Shown piece after piece: positions 8,717 to 20,600 of a DNA stretch of 29,857 nt (position 1 is its first letter; every line of letters starts with the position of its first letter). The DNA lies in IMG/VR virus record IMGVR_UViG_3300005805_000326, positions 1 through 29,857 of that record; one strand, given 5' to 3'. The translations under genes and the position numbers were made by a program. Origin of the DNA: a virus. Lineage: Duplodnaviria; Caudoviricetes. Below the pieces are notes generated by a model. The model saw nothing but the letters and a program-made list of their open reading frames with translations, did not search any database and was not told the origin of the DNA.

Positions 8717-8731
8717 TTGCTTCTCCTAATA

Positions 8732-9052
8732 TTAGGCAGTAGATGTTTCTATACCATAGCAACTAGCTGAAAGACTAGCTGTATTAGAATAAACAACAAT
8801 TAGTTTGCCTGCATCTAATACTAGCCCTGTTCTTTCTAAAACGCCCTTAGCTAATAAGTTTACATCATATTCAATAAATTCTGCGTTTGTTGGTGTGGCT
8901 GCTGACGCAATAGCTACTCTAACTGTTGCTGTTGAAGCTCCACGATTAACAATATTCACTGTAAGTACAGTGAATGTGTTTGCGGGACAGGTATATAAAG
9001 TTTGATATGTCGCAGCTGACATATCTAAAGTACCCAATCTTCCTGTTGCCAT
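8732..9052 (-). CDS. Small (~106 aa) putative virion beta-sandwich protein; paralog of 23482-23811 and 24411-24737
   Basis: LYTCP..T.TV..VNIVN....ATV.V...FIEYD..L...LERTGLVL..G..IVV pattern; SD GGAG. Confidence 0.6.
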   Translation of the reverse strand: MATGRLGTLDMSAATYQTLYTCPANTFTVLTVNIVNRGASTATVRVAIASAATPTNAEFIEYDVNLLAKGVLERTGLVLDAGKLIVVYSNTASLSASCYGIETSTA

Positions 9053-9065
9053 TTATATCTCCATA

Positions 9066-12000
9066 TTATTTAAAAAAGTAATTCCAAGCTACTGGTAAAC
9101 CTCTTACTCCGCCTTGGAAATTAAAGTTTGCTTTCATCGAAATAGTTCCACCAGTAGTTGTTGATATTTGGCTTCCTTGAATTTCAATAAATCCAGCTAC
9201 TACACTATTTACGTTTAATGACGCTCCACCGCCACCAATCTGCGCAGCAATATATGCTTTAATTGCTCTCTGTGTTGGTACAACACTATCACTGTTAGCT
9301 GTAAAGAATGGATCAGTGCTAAATTCAGTAATAGTAGCACTACTACCACCAAGTGTAACCGCTCCAAGTGTAAGTTCTGTAAGTCCTGCAATATTAAATG
9401 CATCAGCATTTAATGTAGCAACACCAGTACTTTGTTCAATAGTAAACAATTCACCTACACGGAAGTTACCATCCTGGTCAGTGCTTGTGTAGAACACACG
9501 ACCACCATTATTATCTACAGTCTCATTAGCCTGTGTAGCAGGATTCTCTGGAGTACCATTTGGATAATTAGTTTCATCAAAGTTTCCTGTTCCAATATCT
9601 AAAAAGTCGTGTCCGGTTAGACGTACTTGACTATAACGAATACGTGTTGTAACGCCTGTATTTTGTGCTGGGCTATAGTATACTGGCATTTCAGGACTAA
9701 TCTGGAAGAATGCCTTAATACTACCAGCATTACTACCAGTTAAAGATAATACCTGTACAAGTTTATAAGTAGTATTTGGTTGACTATCAAATACAACGTT
9801 AGCACCGGCTTGTGGAGTACCTGATAGTCTGCTTACAGCAATATAGCTTCCGCTCTGAAAGTTATCAGCATAGCCGTCGCCAGTATCAATGCTTGCTACA
9901 ACAGCATTATATCCAGTACCCCTGTTTCTATAACTTGGTTGAGCTAAAACGCCTTTTCCTTTTCTAACAGTGAACGGTGCTTCATACAAATTATTAGGAT
10001 CTACAATAGTCATCGTTGGAGCACTGCTATACCCTGAACCCGGTTCTATAATTCTTATTGCATAAATCTTTTCTGTTTGTACATAAGCTCTTGCTTTTGT
10101 AGTACAACCCAGTAAAGCGTATGAAGCTGCTGTTGTTGAAGCTGACGGAATAGCTGCCCAAACACCCGAGCGACTTGGATTACCAAAAGTTGCTGTTAGG
10201 AAACCTGTTCCTGAAGCTCTTGTTAAAGCTCTTGTTGTCCATTTAATACCGTCTTCTGAGCTAGATGCATTGTTACTATCATTCACTGCTAAGAATACAC
10301 CCTGACCATAGCGTACAGAACTATAAGCTGCGGACACTGATAATGTAGCTGATGTCCAAGTAATACCATCTAAGCTATAAGCTGCGGTTGTTCCGCTAGT
10401 AGCACTTACAGCAACAAATCTATTATTACCATAAGCTACACTTGCCCATAAGTTTGTTCCAACATTAGGCAATGACCCTGCTGTCCAAGTAGCTCCTCCG
10501 TCTGTGCTATAAGCAAATGAGTTAGTACCGGATGCTATAGCAACAAATTTTCCTTTACCGTAGGCAATGCTTGACCAGTTAGAACTTGCTGGAAGTGCTC
10601 CTCCTGTAGTCCAAGAAGATTGAGCACCGTTTGCAGTAAAAGCACATTCTGTTGAGTTAGCTTTTAAAGCTACCCATCTTGTTGATCCGTTAGTTAAACG
10701 TCCATACGCTATAGTTGACCAAGTTCCTGATGATGGTAAAGTAGCTCCTGCTGTCCAAGTGTACCCGCCATTTGTTGAATAAGCTGTAACATTACTTGCA
10801 CTAGCTATAGCAACTGCATGTCTTGCAAAAGATGTAGCAGATCCTGACCCGGTTCCTGGACCAGTTGCAATAAAATAGTCTCCTATCTTAACCTGTAGGT
10901 TAGCACTTGCAGGATGTCCAATGTTAGTCCATTGTGTTGTTGCTACAGTATTAATCTTATAAGCACGACCTGTTACAAAGAATCCTGCACTTGTAGGACT
11001 TGTGTCAACAATATCACCTACAGCTATTGCTTTCCAAGCTACATTGCTCGGTAACACTGTTGCTCTTTGAGTCCAGTTAATACCGTCTGTTGAAACGTTT
11101 ACAGTTTGTCCTGTATTTGGCAATGCTACAAAATAGCCTCCTGTTGCATATCCATCATATTCAAATTCAACAATTGCTCCTGTTAAACTATTCACAGTAG
11201 TTAAGGTTATTGTAATGTCATTAGCAGGACTTGATCCACCTAAGCTTGATCCACTTAATGTTATAGTATCCAAACGCTTATAGTTAACACCTTCGTAACC
11301 AGCAATAACTGTAACTGATAGGTATTTCGTTCCAGATCTTACAACTGAGAATCTAGCTCCAGTGCCTTCTCCTGCTGTGGTTCCTGTAATTGGATAGTAC
11401 ACACCGTATGAGCTTGCCCAAGCAGCATCTGAATAAGTAGCTGCGGTAGCTAGTGTAGCTGCTGCTGAGCTATAAGTAGGACTGCTAAACGTTAATCTTG
11501 GCTCAATAGTGTAGCTTGTTGAAGCATCAGGTGCAGCAATTGTTGTTCCTGGAACATAATGATCCCACCCTGCTGTTCCATCACTTTCTTTAATAACAGT
11601 AGCTACTTTTGTACCCACGTTATAAGTGTTAATAATACCATATTGTCCAGCACCTGTACCAGATGTAAGAACAATTCTCATTGTAGGATAAGCACTAGCA
11701 ATTTCATCATCAGTAGCAGCAATAGTAATTTGAGTTGTTGTGCCTGCTTGAGCAACGTTACTGTTACTCATATACAAGTATCCTCCTAAATTACCTGATA
11801 CTTCAGGAGCATTTGTGCTATCATCAGTATTATCATTTAGGTATACTTGGAAAACTCCATCGTCTCTAAACTCGTCATGTTCGACAGCTAGTCCTGTGCC
11901 TGCACCACCAAACGACCAAGTTGCGTAAGTGTAATCTTGTCCTGCATTAGCATATTCAATTTGCCATAGCTGGTTAATGCCGTCTGTTAAAGTACCTCCC

Positions 12001-15000
12001 ACACTGGCTATATAATTCTTGTTATTAACAACTGCTGTAATTGGTGTTTCAGTTTCATCGTATCCTTCAGCAACTGATCCAAAGTCTCCATAAGAATTAT
12101 TACCATTAGTTCCACGAATACGTCCACCATTTTCAGCTAGGTAACCTACGTGTGAATAATATGTAAACACGCTAACAAGCTCAGCACGAGCATTATTAGT
12201 AATCCAAGCACCAATACCATCACTGATAATTTGTGTGAAGTCATTAGATGTGATAGATCTATTACCACCATTATGTAAATCACCATCTACCTTTTGTCCA
12301 ACCGCAGCATAACCAAATGTACAAACGTTCTGAACATACGGGCTTCTGCTGATAATCCAAGTATGATAATCAGCAGGACCATATCCAGGATCTAATGAAC
12401 AGTAAGCACCAGCACTAACACGACTTGTTCCATAACTATTTGGTGCTAGTAAATCGCCGGTTAATCCTTCTAAAGTTTGATTACGAATACCAGTAGCATT
12501 ACGTAGATAGTACATATCTTCTTCATAGCTTCCAATTACGGCATTTGCGTAGTATCTTGCTGCTAATGATGTCTTATAGTTTCCGGTAAATCTTAAGTCA
12601 TACTTTAAAGCATCTATATAAGAATGAACATCACGTAGGCAAAAATCTTTGTCGTAATATAGTTTAACTGTCATCGAACCAGATGCGTTAGCAATTAAGT
12701 TATCTGGAGTTGAGCTATTACGTGTGCTTGATACTGTAAAGGTTGTTCCGTTAATAATATTTTGAACATAGTACACTGAAACGTTGTTAAATCCGCCAAA
12801 TACTGTTCCTGAGAACTGTATGGCGGCATTTCTTTGCATCCAAGAAGTGTCACTACAGGTTAGTACATCGTTTGAAGCATTAATATTTGTTACGGTAGCA
12901 CTAAATGTAGTATCAATGTAAGACTCTATTTCTTTTACAATGAAATCTCTATTATTTTCTAATTGATAGATAGCATAGTCTGTATTTGGTTCTGCTTGAC
13001 TACAGGTTGAACCTTCTGTTGTTGCTCCAAAAAGAATATCATCTAGTGTTTGCATTAGCGAAGTAATTCTAGATTGTGCTGTAGCATTGCCTCCAACATT
13101 AGCAAGTGCTTTTGTTTTAACTAAGCTTAATGCATCTCTTGTAGCTGCTTTCTGATTCAAGCTAAAGACTTCACTAGCACTAGCTCTTAAATAGGAATAT
13201 CCAGCCTTTACTGTTTGATGATTACTATTCATCATATAGTCATATGATACAGCATCTACGATTATTTCAACATCTCTAGCACATTTAGTTTGATTATAGC
13301 TAAATGTATTAAAGTTATCTGTAATATACTGTAAAGTACCTTGTACAATAAAATCTTTATCCAAACTTAGTTGTAACAATGCGTCTTGAATACCTTGAGC
13401 AGCCCAAGTTATTAATGGTTTGTCTTCTGCTACTAATCCTGATAGTGTATCTGCTGTAATTACAGAGCTTATATTTCCACAAAGTGTTACAATCTTACTT
13501 TGTTCTGTAGCTGAAGCAGCAGTTCCACTTGTATCTTGGCCTGAGTATAGTTCTCGTACAACCTGCCCTGCTACTGTTCCTAGTTGGCTGTACATTGCAG
13601 CACTAGCTGCCTTTTGCTGAGAATCTGGATAGACGCTAGTTCCTGTACGATTATCAAACAAAGCTCTTGCTACATTACGTGTAGCTAAATTTCCGCCATA
13701 CTGCACGTCGTATGATAATGCGTCAATGGTATAGCCAATATCTCGTTGGCATAAAGCTTGGCCTTCTGCTCCTAACCCGATCCATACACTATTATAATTA
13801 ATAACTAACCAAGTGCTAATTGTATTAATAATAAATGTTCTGTTTGTTTGTAATTGTTCTCGAGCATATAGTCTGTTGGCATCTACTCCTGGGTTTGTCC
13901 AGGAAATAGCATCAACTGCTGATAAACCATTATTAATAATGTCAACTATTTCTGTATAACAAGCATTAGATCTTGTTACTGCTGTTGCATCAGTAACTAA
14001 TGAGCTTGCAACCTGAGCTTTAATATAATTAATAGATCCTAATTCTGCTTGTAATTGATAATCGATTACACCCTGAGACTGTCCTCTTAGATATGAGATT
14101 CCGTTTTCTCTTGCCCAGAAATTAGTTCCAAACGCAGAATCGTAGTAAGCAGCATCAATTAAGTAATAAGAGTCACGTCTACATAAAACACTGTTATACT
14201 TAAATGTACCATAATTAGTGTTTAAGTAATCAATTACATCAACCTTAATTTGAGGAATAGCAGCACTTAAAGTAACATATGTATTAATTAATGCAGTAGT
14301 AGTAGTCACTCCATTTGTTAATGCTGGTCTACTTTCTTTATAGAATACAATGCTTAAGCCAGTACCATTAGTAACTGTTAAGTCCGATCCTCCATATGAA
14401 GTAGATAGCTTAAATTGAGTAGAAGTTAGCCCAATAGCTTGAACATAATACTTTGTATCTCTAATTATACCTTTCAATGAAGTTGCTGTTGGAACAACTA
14501 CATCACCAGCTGATAATCCGTGAGCAGCTGATGCTGTAAATGTAGTACTTGACGTAATAGTTGTTACTGTAATTGACGGACGAGTATTTGTGTTATTAGC
14601 TGTGAGCATATTGATAATAAGATCTAGCTCTTGACCAATAAATGTATTTGCTGAACTTCCGTTTAGTGAAGCATAAGTCCATTGAGTAGCAGTATTTCCA
14701 GCAGTTTTTGTAACTGTAGTGTTAGCTGTAATTTGTTGTAAAATTGTTTTTAATCTAGTATAAGCAGCTATATTAGCAGTTGCTTCAGTTGCGCTAGTAA
14801 CTAGATTAGTTCCTGGTCCGTCAAAATAGGCCAAGGCAGCATTTAACATTTGTGTGTTTCCACCATAAGTTAAATCATAGCAAAGTGCGTCAATTACATA
14901 GCCAACATCTCTCTTACACTTAGTTCTAGAATATTTTACATTTGGATATGTTAAGTCAATATATGCACCGATTTCTGCTTTAACAAAATCTTTATTTTCA

Positions 15001-17633
15001 TATACTAATGTTCTAGCATCTTTATAACCTGCTAAGAAAGTAGTATTATAACCAGTTGGATCTGTTTTAAAGATCATATTAGTTTGAGCTGTAAGGAAAT
15101 CAATGCGATGTTGCATTGTTCTTACCAATTGTCGAACTAATGTATCCTGTTGTGCTTGTCCCACAGGTACTAGTTGACTTTGACTTAAAGTATTTCCTGA
15201 TGACTTAGTAACTGTTTGTCCTTGAACAATTTGTCCTGTAATTGTTTCCAATCTTCCTAATGCAGCTACACTATACTTGGCGTCATCTTTACTAATTAAG
15301 CTGCCTGCTGGTCCAGCATTAGTTGAACGTACTTCGTCACCTAAAATTACTGTGCTCTCTGGAACAATAATTGGTAGTACTTCGCGATATCTACCAGTTA
15401 AGACGTGAACAGTGTTAAAGGCTGCTATTCTTTCAGGAATATTTGTAGCAGTTTTGTCTGTTAAGGCCGATGTAATAATACCAACTAATGAAGTTATTTC
15501 TGACAATGCAGTATCTTCTGCCACATAATCTGTATCGATATGTTGCGGATAAATGTTTGTCGAATCTTCTGAAACATTTTGATAAGCCTGAGCAGGAGCA
15601 TCATTGGATAATACTGATGCTATAACAGTTAACATATAGTTATAGCAAGCTACGTCAGCAGCTGATTCAGCATTTAATTTGCTATATGTTCCGCATTCTT
15701 CTGTTAGAGCGTTAACATATGAAAGAGCTGCACCTCTTGTTCTTACATTGCCACCGTGGCTAATATCGTATGCTAAAGCGTCAATGACCCAACCGATATC
15801 TCGTTCACACTTAGTCTCGTTATACGTAAATGCAGTAGTAAATGGGCTAATATTATTTGTTATTTGATAGTTAATCCATTGAGTAGTTTCTCTTTGAATA
15901 AACAATCTGTTCATTTCTAATAGATGCTTGGCGTTAGGATTTCTACACCCTTTTTCAATTTCCATTGCTGCATATCTAATAGACTTCCAAGGTTTATCAA
16001 ATGTAGAACCGTGTGTTGGATATGGTAAATCTACGCCGTGCTCTCCAACCCAATATACGTGATCTGTATTACCCCAAGTTACCCATTCTGGTTTAAGATC
16101 AGAGCTTACACGTAAAATTTGACCTTCTGTGCCGATCGGAAGCCTTGTTGGTCCTGCACCGTCATAGTAAACTAAGTCACCTAATGTGTTTAACACAGCA
16201 GTTTCTGATCCAACACTTAGAATATTCCAATAGGTACCAGTTTTATCATGATCTGGGCGAGAAAGTGATTGTCCGCCGCCTGTAGCTCCTACTGTAGATC
16301 CATCGTCTCCTTCTGAGCGATGTGCTAGTTTACAAATGTAAGTATTATTTTCATATCTTACCGAATCACCGACTACATACTCGGTGTCATCTGCCCAATA
16401 TCCTCTCCAGTTGATGCCATTACTTAATGCTGTCCAATAAGTTGCCTGAGGAGGTTTAGCTGCAAATGTTGCAGTCATTGTTCCTGTAGCTGTGGTTGGA
16501 GTGAATGCTGCACCGCCTACAATTGTTGTTACAGTAAACTGGGTACCATTTACAATTTGCTTAATATAATAAGTGCCGTTAGTAAAAACATTACCGAATG
16601 TAGAGCCACTAAAACTAATAGCCATATCAGCAACCATAGATGCTGTAGATGTGCAAGTAAAGTATTTTGTAGTTGCATTGGTAGCTGTAATAGTTTGAGT
16701 GTCCGATGGACTATCAATATTAGCTACATAGTTATATCCATTTAGTTTAACAACTTCGTTAATTAAGTATGAGCTACTTATAGACCAACTTGATCTGAAC
16801 TTTAACCCTTCACTGAATAAATCCCAGTTAGCTGTTCCTGTTACTGGGTTTGATCCAGAATGTTGTGTTTTAGAAACATACTGATTTCCGCCGTATTTTA
16901 CAACATCACCTGGTTGGTAATTAACACCAGCACTCCAGGTTGATTCAAATTCTAGTCCTTCTACGAATTGATTCCAATTTGCACTGTCACCTGAAAAAGT
17001 AGCACCCGAAGAGTGATAAGCAGTACAAATCCATAAGCCGCCACCATATTTTACTATGTCATTTAATTTATATCGAGTAGCGGTTACCCAGGTTCCTTTA
17101 TAATCTACTCCGGTGCTAAACTCGTCCCACTTTGATTGATCAGTTTCTAATCCTAAAGTAGTTGTTGCTGCTGAAGTATGATAGGTTACGCAGATATAAT
17201 TTATACCACCGTAGCTAACAATATCATTAACTTTATATCTTGTAGAAATGGCCCAATCGCCTTTCCATTCAAACCCTTCTACAAATATTTGCCAGGAAGC
17301 AGAATTCGCTTCTAACCCAGCACTTACAGTTGAAGCAGATGTGTGAGCTGTAGTACATAGATATACATTACCACCGTACTTGACTAAGTCGCCTTTTTCA
17401 TAGGCAGTTGTTCCAGTCCAGTCACCTGTCCATTTTTGTCCATCACTTACAAGATTCCATCTTGTAGGATTGAAATTTAAATCTGTATTAAAATTGCTTG
17501 AAGCAGTATGGCCGACTACACAAATATATGTTTTACCAGAGTATCTTATTACATCATCTTTGATATACTGAGTACCTGTAACCCATTCGTTCTTCCAAAC
17601 AAATTTAATCCTACCTAACTTAAACTCTGCCAT
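9066..17633 (-). CDS. Giant multidomain virion fibre/spike protein (2855 aa)
   Basis: Seven N-terminal CBM5/12 (chitin-binding type 3)-like repeats W...T.Y..GD.V.YGG..Y.C...H. A pectin-lyase-like beta-helix (KPWKSIRYA, G.Y.E.LPI.VP....GDE.R, SPYVQN, NDFTQ, AELVSVF) interrupted by six CxRD helical repeats. BNR/propeller-like W..IAYG.G.FVA repeats, and a C-terminal SQVRLTGHDFLDIG...GGRVFYTSTDQDGNFRVG region. SD GGAG. Confidence 0.8.
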   Translation of the reverse strand: MAEFKLGRIKFVWKNEWVTGTQYIKDDVIRYSGKTYICVVGHTASSNFNTDLNFNPTRWNLVSDGQKWTGDWTGTTAYEKGDLVKYGGNVYLCTTAHTSASTVSAGLEANSASWQIFVEGFEWKGDWAISTRYKVNDIVSYGGINYICVTYHTSAATTTLGLETDQSKWDEFSTGVDYKGTWVTATRYKLNDIVKYGGGLWICTAYHSSGATFSGDSANWNQFVEGLEFESTWSAGVNYQPGDVVKYGGNQYVSKTQHSGSNPVTGTANWDLFSEGLKFRSSWSISSSYLINEVVKLNGYNYVANIDSPSDTQTITATNATTKYFTCTSTASMVADMAISFSGSTFGNVFTNGTYYIKQIVNGTQFTVTTIVGGAAFTPTTATGTMTATFAAKPPQATYWTALSNGINWRGYWADDTEYVVGDSVRYENNTYICKLAHRSEGDDGSTVGATGGGQSLSRPDHDKTGTYWNILSVGSETAVLNTLGDLVYYDGAGPTRLPIGTEGQILRVSSDLKPEWVTWGNTDHVYWVGEHGVDLPYPTHGSTFDKPWKSIRYAAMEIEKGCRNPNAKHLLEMNRLFIQRETTQWINYQITNNISPFTTAFTYNETKCERDIGWVIDALAYDISHGGNVRTRGAALSYVNALTEECGTYSKLNAESAADVACYNYMLTVIASVLSNDAPAQAYQNVSEDSTNIYPQHIDTDYVAEDTALSEITSLVGIITSALTDKTATNIPERIAAFNTVHVLTGRYREVLPIIVPESTVILGDEVRSTNAGPAGSLISKDDAKYSVAALGRLETITGQIVQGQTVTKSSGNTLSQSQLVPVGQAQQDTLVRQLVRTMQHRIDFLTAQTNMIFKTDPTGYNTTFLAGYKDARTLVYENKDFVKAEIGAYIDLTYPNVKYSRTKCKRDVGYVIDALCYDLTYGGNTQMLNAALAYFDGPGTNLVTSATEATANIAAYTRLKTILQQITANTTVTKTAGNTATQWTYASLNGSSANTFIGQELDLIINMLTANNTNTRPSITVTTITSSTTFTASAAHGLSAGDVVVPTATSLKGIIRDTKYYVQAIGLTSTQFKLSTSYGGSDLTVTNGTGLSIVFYKESRPALTNGVTTTTALINTYVTLSAAIPQIKVDVIDYLNTNYGTFKYNSVLCRRDSYYLIDAAYYDSAFGTNFWARENGISYLRGQSQGVIDYQLQAELGSINYIKAQVASSLVTDATAVTRSNACYTEIVDIINNGLSAVDAISWTNPGVDANRLYAREQLQTNRTFIINTISTWLVINYNSVWIGLGAEGQALCQRDIGYTIDALSYDVQYGGNLATRNVARALFDNRTGTSVYPDSQQKAASAAMYSQLGTVAGQVVRELYSGQDTSGTAASATEQSKIVTLCGNISSVITADTLSGLVAEDKPLITWAAQGIQDALLQLSLDKDFIVQGTLQYITDNFNTFSYNQTKCARDVEIIVDAVSYDYMMNSNHQTVKAGYSYLRASASEVFSLNQKAATRDALSLVKTKALANVGGNATAQSRITSLMQTLDDILFGATTEGSTCSQAEPNTDYAIYQLENNRDFIVKEIESYIDTTFSATVTNINASNDVLTCSDTSWMQRNAAIQFSGTVFGGFNNVSVYYVQNIINGTTFTVSSTRNSSTPDNLIANASGSMTVKLYYDKDFCLRDVHSYIDALKYDLRFTGNYKTSLAARYYANAVIGSYEEDMYYLRNATGIRNQTLEGLTGDLLAPNSYGTSRVSAGAYCSLDPGYGPADYHTWIISRSPYVQNVCTFGYAAVGQKVDGDLHNGGNRSITSNDFTQIISDGIGAWITNNARAELVSVFTYYSHVGYLAENGGRIRGTNGNNSYGDFGSVAEGYDETETPITAVVNNKNYIASVGGTLTDGINQLWQIEYANAGQDYTYATWSFGGAGTGLAVEHDEFRDDGVFQVYLNDNTDDSTNAPEVSGNLGGYLYMSNSNVAQAGTTTQITIAATDDEIASAYPTMRIVLTSGTGAGQYGIINTYNVGTKVATVIKESDGTAGWDHYVPGTTIAAPDASTSYTIEPRLTFSSPTYSSAAATLATAATYSDAAWASSYGVYYPITGTTAGEGTGARFSVVRSGTKYLSVTVIAGYEGVNYKRLDTITLSGSSLGGSSPANDITITLTTVNSLTGAIVEFEYDGYATGGYFVALPNTGQTVNVSTDGINWTQRATVLPSNVAWKAIAVGDIVDTSPTSAGFFVTGRAYKINTVATTQWTNIGHPASANLQVKIGDYFIATGPGTGSGSATSFARHAVAIASASNVTAYSTNGGYTWTAGATLPSSGTWSTIAYGRLTNGSTRWVALKANSTECAFTANGAQSSWTTGGALPASSNWSSIAYGKGKFVAIASGTNSFAYSTDGGATWTAGSLPNVGTNLWASVAYGNNRFVAVSATSGTTAAYSLDGITWTSATLSVSAAYSSVRYGQGVFLAVNDSNNASSSEDGIKWTTRALTRASGTGFLTATFGNPSRSGVWAAIPSASTTAASYALLGCTTKARAYVQTEKIYAIRIIEPGSGYSSAPTMTIVDPNNLYEAPFTVRKGKGVLAQPSYRNRGTGYNAVVASIDTGDGYADNFQSGSYIAVSRLSGTPQAGANVVFDSQPNTTYKLVQVLSLTGSNAGSIKAFFQISPEMPVYYSPAQNTGVTTRIRYSQVRLTGHDFLDIGTGNFDETNYPNGTPENPATQANETVDNNGGRVFYTSTDQDGNFRVGELFTIEQSTGVATLNADAFNIAGLTELTLGAVTLGGSSATITEFSTDPFFTANSDSVVPTQRAIKAYIAAQIGGGGASLNVNSVVAGFIEIQGSQISTTTGGTISMKANFNFQGGVRGLPVAWNYFFK
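12560..15940 (-). repeat. Six phycobiliprotein/globin-like helical protein repeats (C-x-R-D...D-A..Y-D...G-N) within the 2855-aa ORF
   Basis: Cys codons at 15807-09 (C609, KCERDIGW), 14916-18 (C906, KCKRDVGY), 14181-83 (C1151, LCRRDSYY), 13749-51 (C1295, LCQRDIGY), 13281-83 (C1451, KCARDVEII) and 12639-41 (C1665, FCLRDVHS). Confidence 0.8.
16220..17590 (-). repeat. Seven ~50-aa CBM5/12-like protein repeats
   Basis: Repeated W-x4-Y-x2-[GN]D-x-V-x-Y-x-G-x2-Y-x-C-x3-H in the translation; boundaries approximate. Confidence 0.75.
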
Positions 17634-17660
17634 TATCTACTCCGAAATTAGCGTTTCTAA

Positions 17661-17668
17661 TATTTATA
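17661..17668 (-). promoter_or_regulatory. T4-type late promoter TATAAATA
   Basis: Exact consensus in the 39-bp intergenic gap, 27 nt upstream of the ATG at 17633. Confidence 0.75.
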
Positions 17669-17672
17669 ATCT

Positions 17673-20600
17673 TTAAGGTCTAAAAGATCTAAAGAACATA
17701 GTTTGGGCCAAAATTGATCCAGAGATATAACACCCTGCCCCTTTAAAATCTGCCATTACTGGTATTGTATTAGTAAATCCTGCTGTATTGCTAATTGAAC
17801 TTGGTCCAACTTTTACAGTACCAGCAATAAAGCTTGCTGTTAATAGATCTTCACCACCGACATTAAGTCTATTATTAAGGTATGCGATGATTGCTCTCTG
17901 TGTTGGAACTATATTATTAGAATTCGCTGTAAATGTATTATCTTTGCTGAACTCTCTAACTACAGTTGCAGTACCGCCTACAATAATACCTCCAAGTGCA
18001 ATCTCGCTAAGACCTGTTAAATCAAAGAAGTCAGCGCTAATAGTTACAGTTCCAGTGGCCTGTTCAACAGCAAACAACTCGCCAGCTCTAAAATTACCAT
18101 CTTGGTCAGTGCTTGTGTAGAATACACGACCTCCATTTAATTGCCCAACTTCATTTTGTGGCTCTTTGGTATAATTATAATCTATATACAGCTCTGGATA
18201 ATTTGTTTCAACAAAATTACCCGATCCAACATCTAAGAAATCATGTCCAGTAATTCTTACCTGACTATAACGTTCTTTGATTAAAACTTCCATATCGTGT
18301 TGTATTTCATCTGAAAGTTTCAATGGAGGGCTTATTTGGAATCGAGACTTAAACAATCCTGTTACAGGGTCTTGAGCAGTTTCAATATTCACTGCAACAG
18401 CAGTATAGTAAGTGCTTCTACCACCAATGTAAAACTGTGCTCCTGGTCCTGGAATAACTGACAAATTATCTAAAGTAACATATTTTCCAGTAGGTTGAAC
18501 ATCAGCAAAACCGTCTCCTACTACTGTAGCCTCTGTACTGGCTGTTTTGTAGTAAATTCCTCTATTTGTAAAGGTAGGTTGCGCTAATACTCCATCAGCT
18601 AATCGTATCTGATAAGTTGCATCAATTACATTATTTGGATCTGTAATAGTTAAAGTAGGCGCAGTGGTATACCCTGATCCAGGATTCCACAATCTTACCT
18701 TACTTATTCCACCTGATTCAACAAAAATTCGTCCTGTAGCTCTTGCACCTGTTCTTATTTTATTAATATAATCGCTAGTTGTATCAGGAGCAACTACCCA
18801 TAAAGGAGTATTGTCCGAAATTGTACTATCACCAGTTGTTATATCAGGAGCACCAAAAGCTATTAGTCCCCATTTCTGAGAAGTGCCTAATGTTCTCGAG
18901 GTCCAAGTAATTCCATCTGGGCTTGTAGCGCAGAATGTTGTAGCCTGGTTATCATAAGTTTCACAAACTGCTAAAAATACACCTTGTCCATATCTTACTT
19001 TTTTCCAGTACATTTCATTAGGGCCAGTTTGCGGCATACCTTTGCTAGTTGTGTACCATATTAATCCGTCAAAACTATATGAAACATATCCTGCATTAGA
19101 AATCGCTACAAATCTTCCATTACCATAAGCGATGCTAGACCAATCCTGTAAACTAGAATCCTGTACCTCAATAACGACAGGAACCCAATTCATATTTCCA
19201 CTACTATAAGTTCCTACTGCGGCAGCGTTATTACTCTTAGCAATGGCTACAAATTTTCCTTTACCATAAGCTATATCAACCCATTCATTGGCTGCTGAAT
19301 CACCTATATCTGGTAATGTGGATGCTTGCCAGCCGATACCGTTGGCGCTCAATGCTGCGGCATCTTGGTTAGCACTAATAGCTACAAATAATCCATTTCC
19401 ATATACTGCTGAAATCCAGTTATTTGTAGATGGCATATTAGTTTCTTCCCAATTTACTCCATCATAAGAATAAGCTGCTTTATTAGTTCCATAGTTAATT
19501 GCAACAAATGTATTATCACCAGTAACTGATACTTTCCATTGACCCACTAAAGGCAGTGTGGCATAATACCATAAGTCACCGTTCCTGCTATGTAAAATGG
19601 TATCGCCTAAGCTTGGAAATAATACATATTTTCCACTGATACCTAGTCCTTTATATGTAAAGGCTGTAATTACTCCAGCTGAGACTCCTGTAACTGTGAT
19701 TTTAATATCGTGCTCGATACTTTCTCCACCGATATTTTCGCCATCGATAATTAAAATATCACCTACAGTATAATTTTCTCCGCCTGATGCTAGAGTTACA
19801 TCATATGTTCTATTTGTTTTAGTAATGTTGAAAAGAGCTAACCCTATATCTGTAATAATACCGTTATACTCTTCATATGTTTCACCGTAACACAATGCAC
19901 CCCAATTTACAGCAGTTTGTAATTGTCGTTCTTCAGGAACAAATCCTGGGTCAGTAAAAATTGGTCTTGGCTCAACTTTATACTTACTAGCAGTGCTTAA
20001 TGTTGTTCTTATTGGAGTTCCAGCAATTACATGATCCCAGCCTGCTGTGTTATCGCTTTCTTTATAAATTGTTGCTATTTTGTTAGGCTCATCGTAAGCA
20101 TAGATATAACCATATTGTCCTGAGCCTTCGCCTCCGCTAATAATCAATCGACAACCAATTAATTCTGCTGCTGTAGAGTTATCATTAGTAGCTAAAGTTA
20201 TAGTTGTCGAAGTGCCATATTGTGCGCTAAATCCAGATAAGATATATTCTGTACCAGTTGTTCTAATTTGTACCTCGAATACTGCGTTATCTCTATATTC
20301 TTCTTGTGTAACAACTGCTCCAGTTCCAGAGCCAACAAAAGTATAATTAGCTGTTGAATATTGTTGTCCAGCATTATCCCATTCTATCATAAGGATTTCG
20401 TCATTTGCTCCTCCACAAAATACTTGTCCTATAATAGCTTCTTGGTCACGGGCATTAATTTTACCATAACGATACTCTTCTTCTGGATCATCACCGTCAG
20501 CTACAGCACCATATGTTCCATATGAGCTATTTCCGTTAGTTGCACGTATGATACCCCCATCTTCTGCAAACATACCAATCTGAGCATAGTAGGTAAACAC

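Noticed and set aside
12560-15940. Host assignment to cyanobacteria based on phycobiliprotein-like repeats
   Set aside because: The repeats are only motif-level similar and embedded in a virion protein, and no photosynthesis genes are in the window. The host cannot be inferred.
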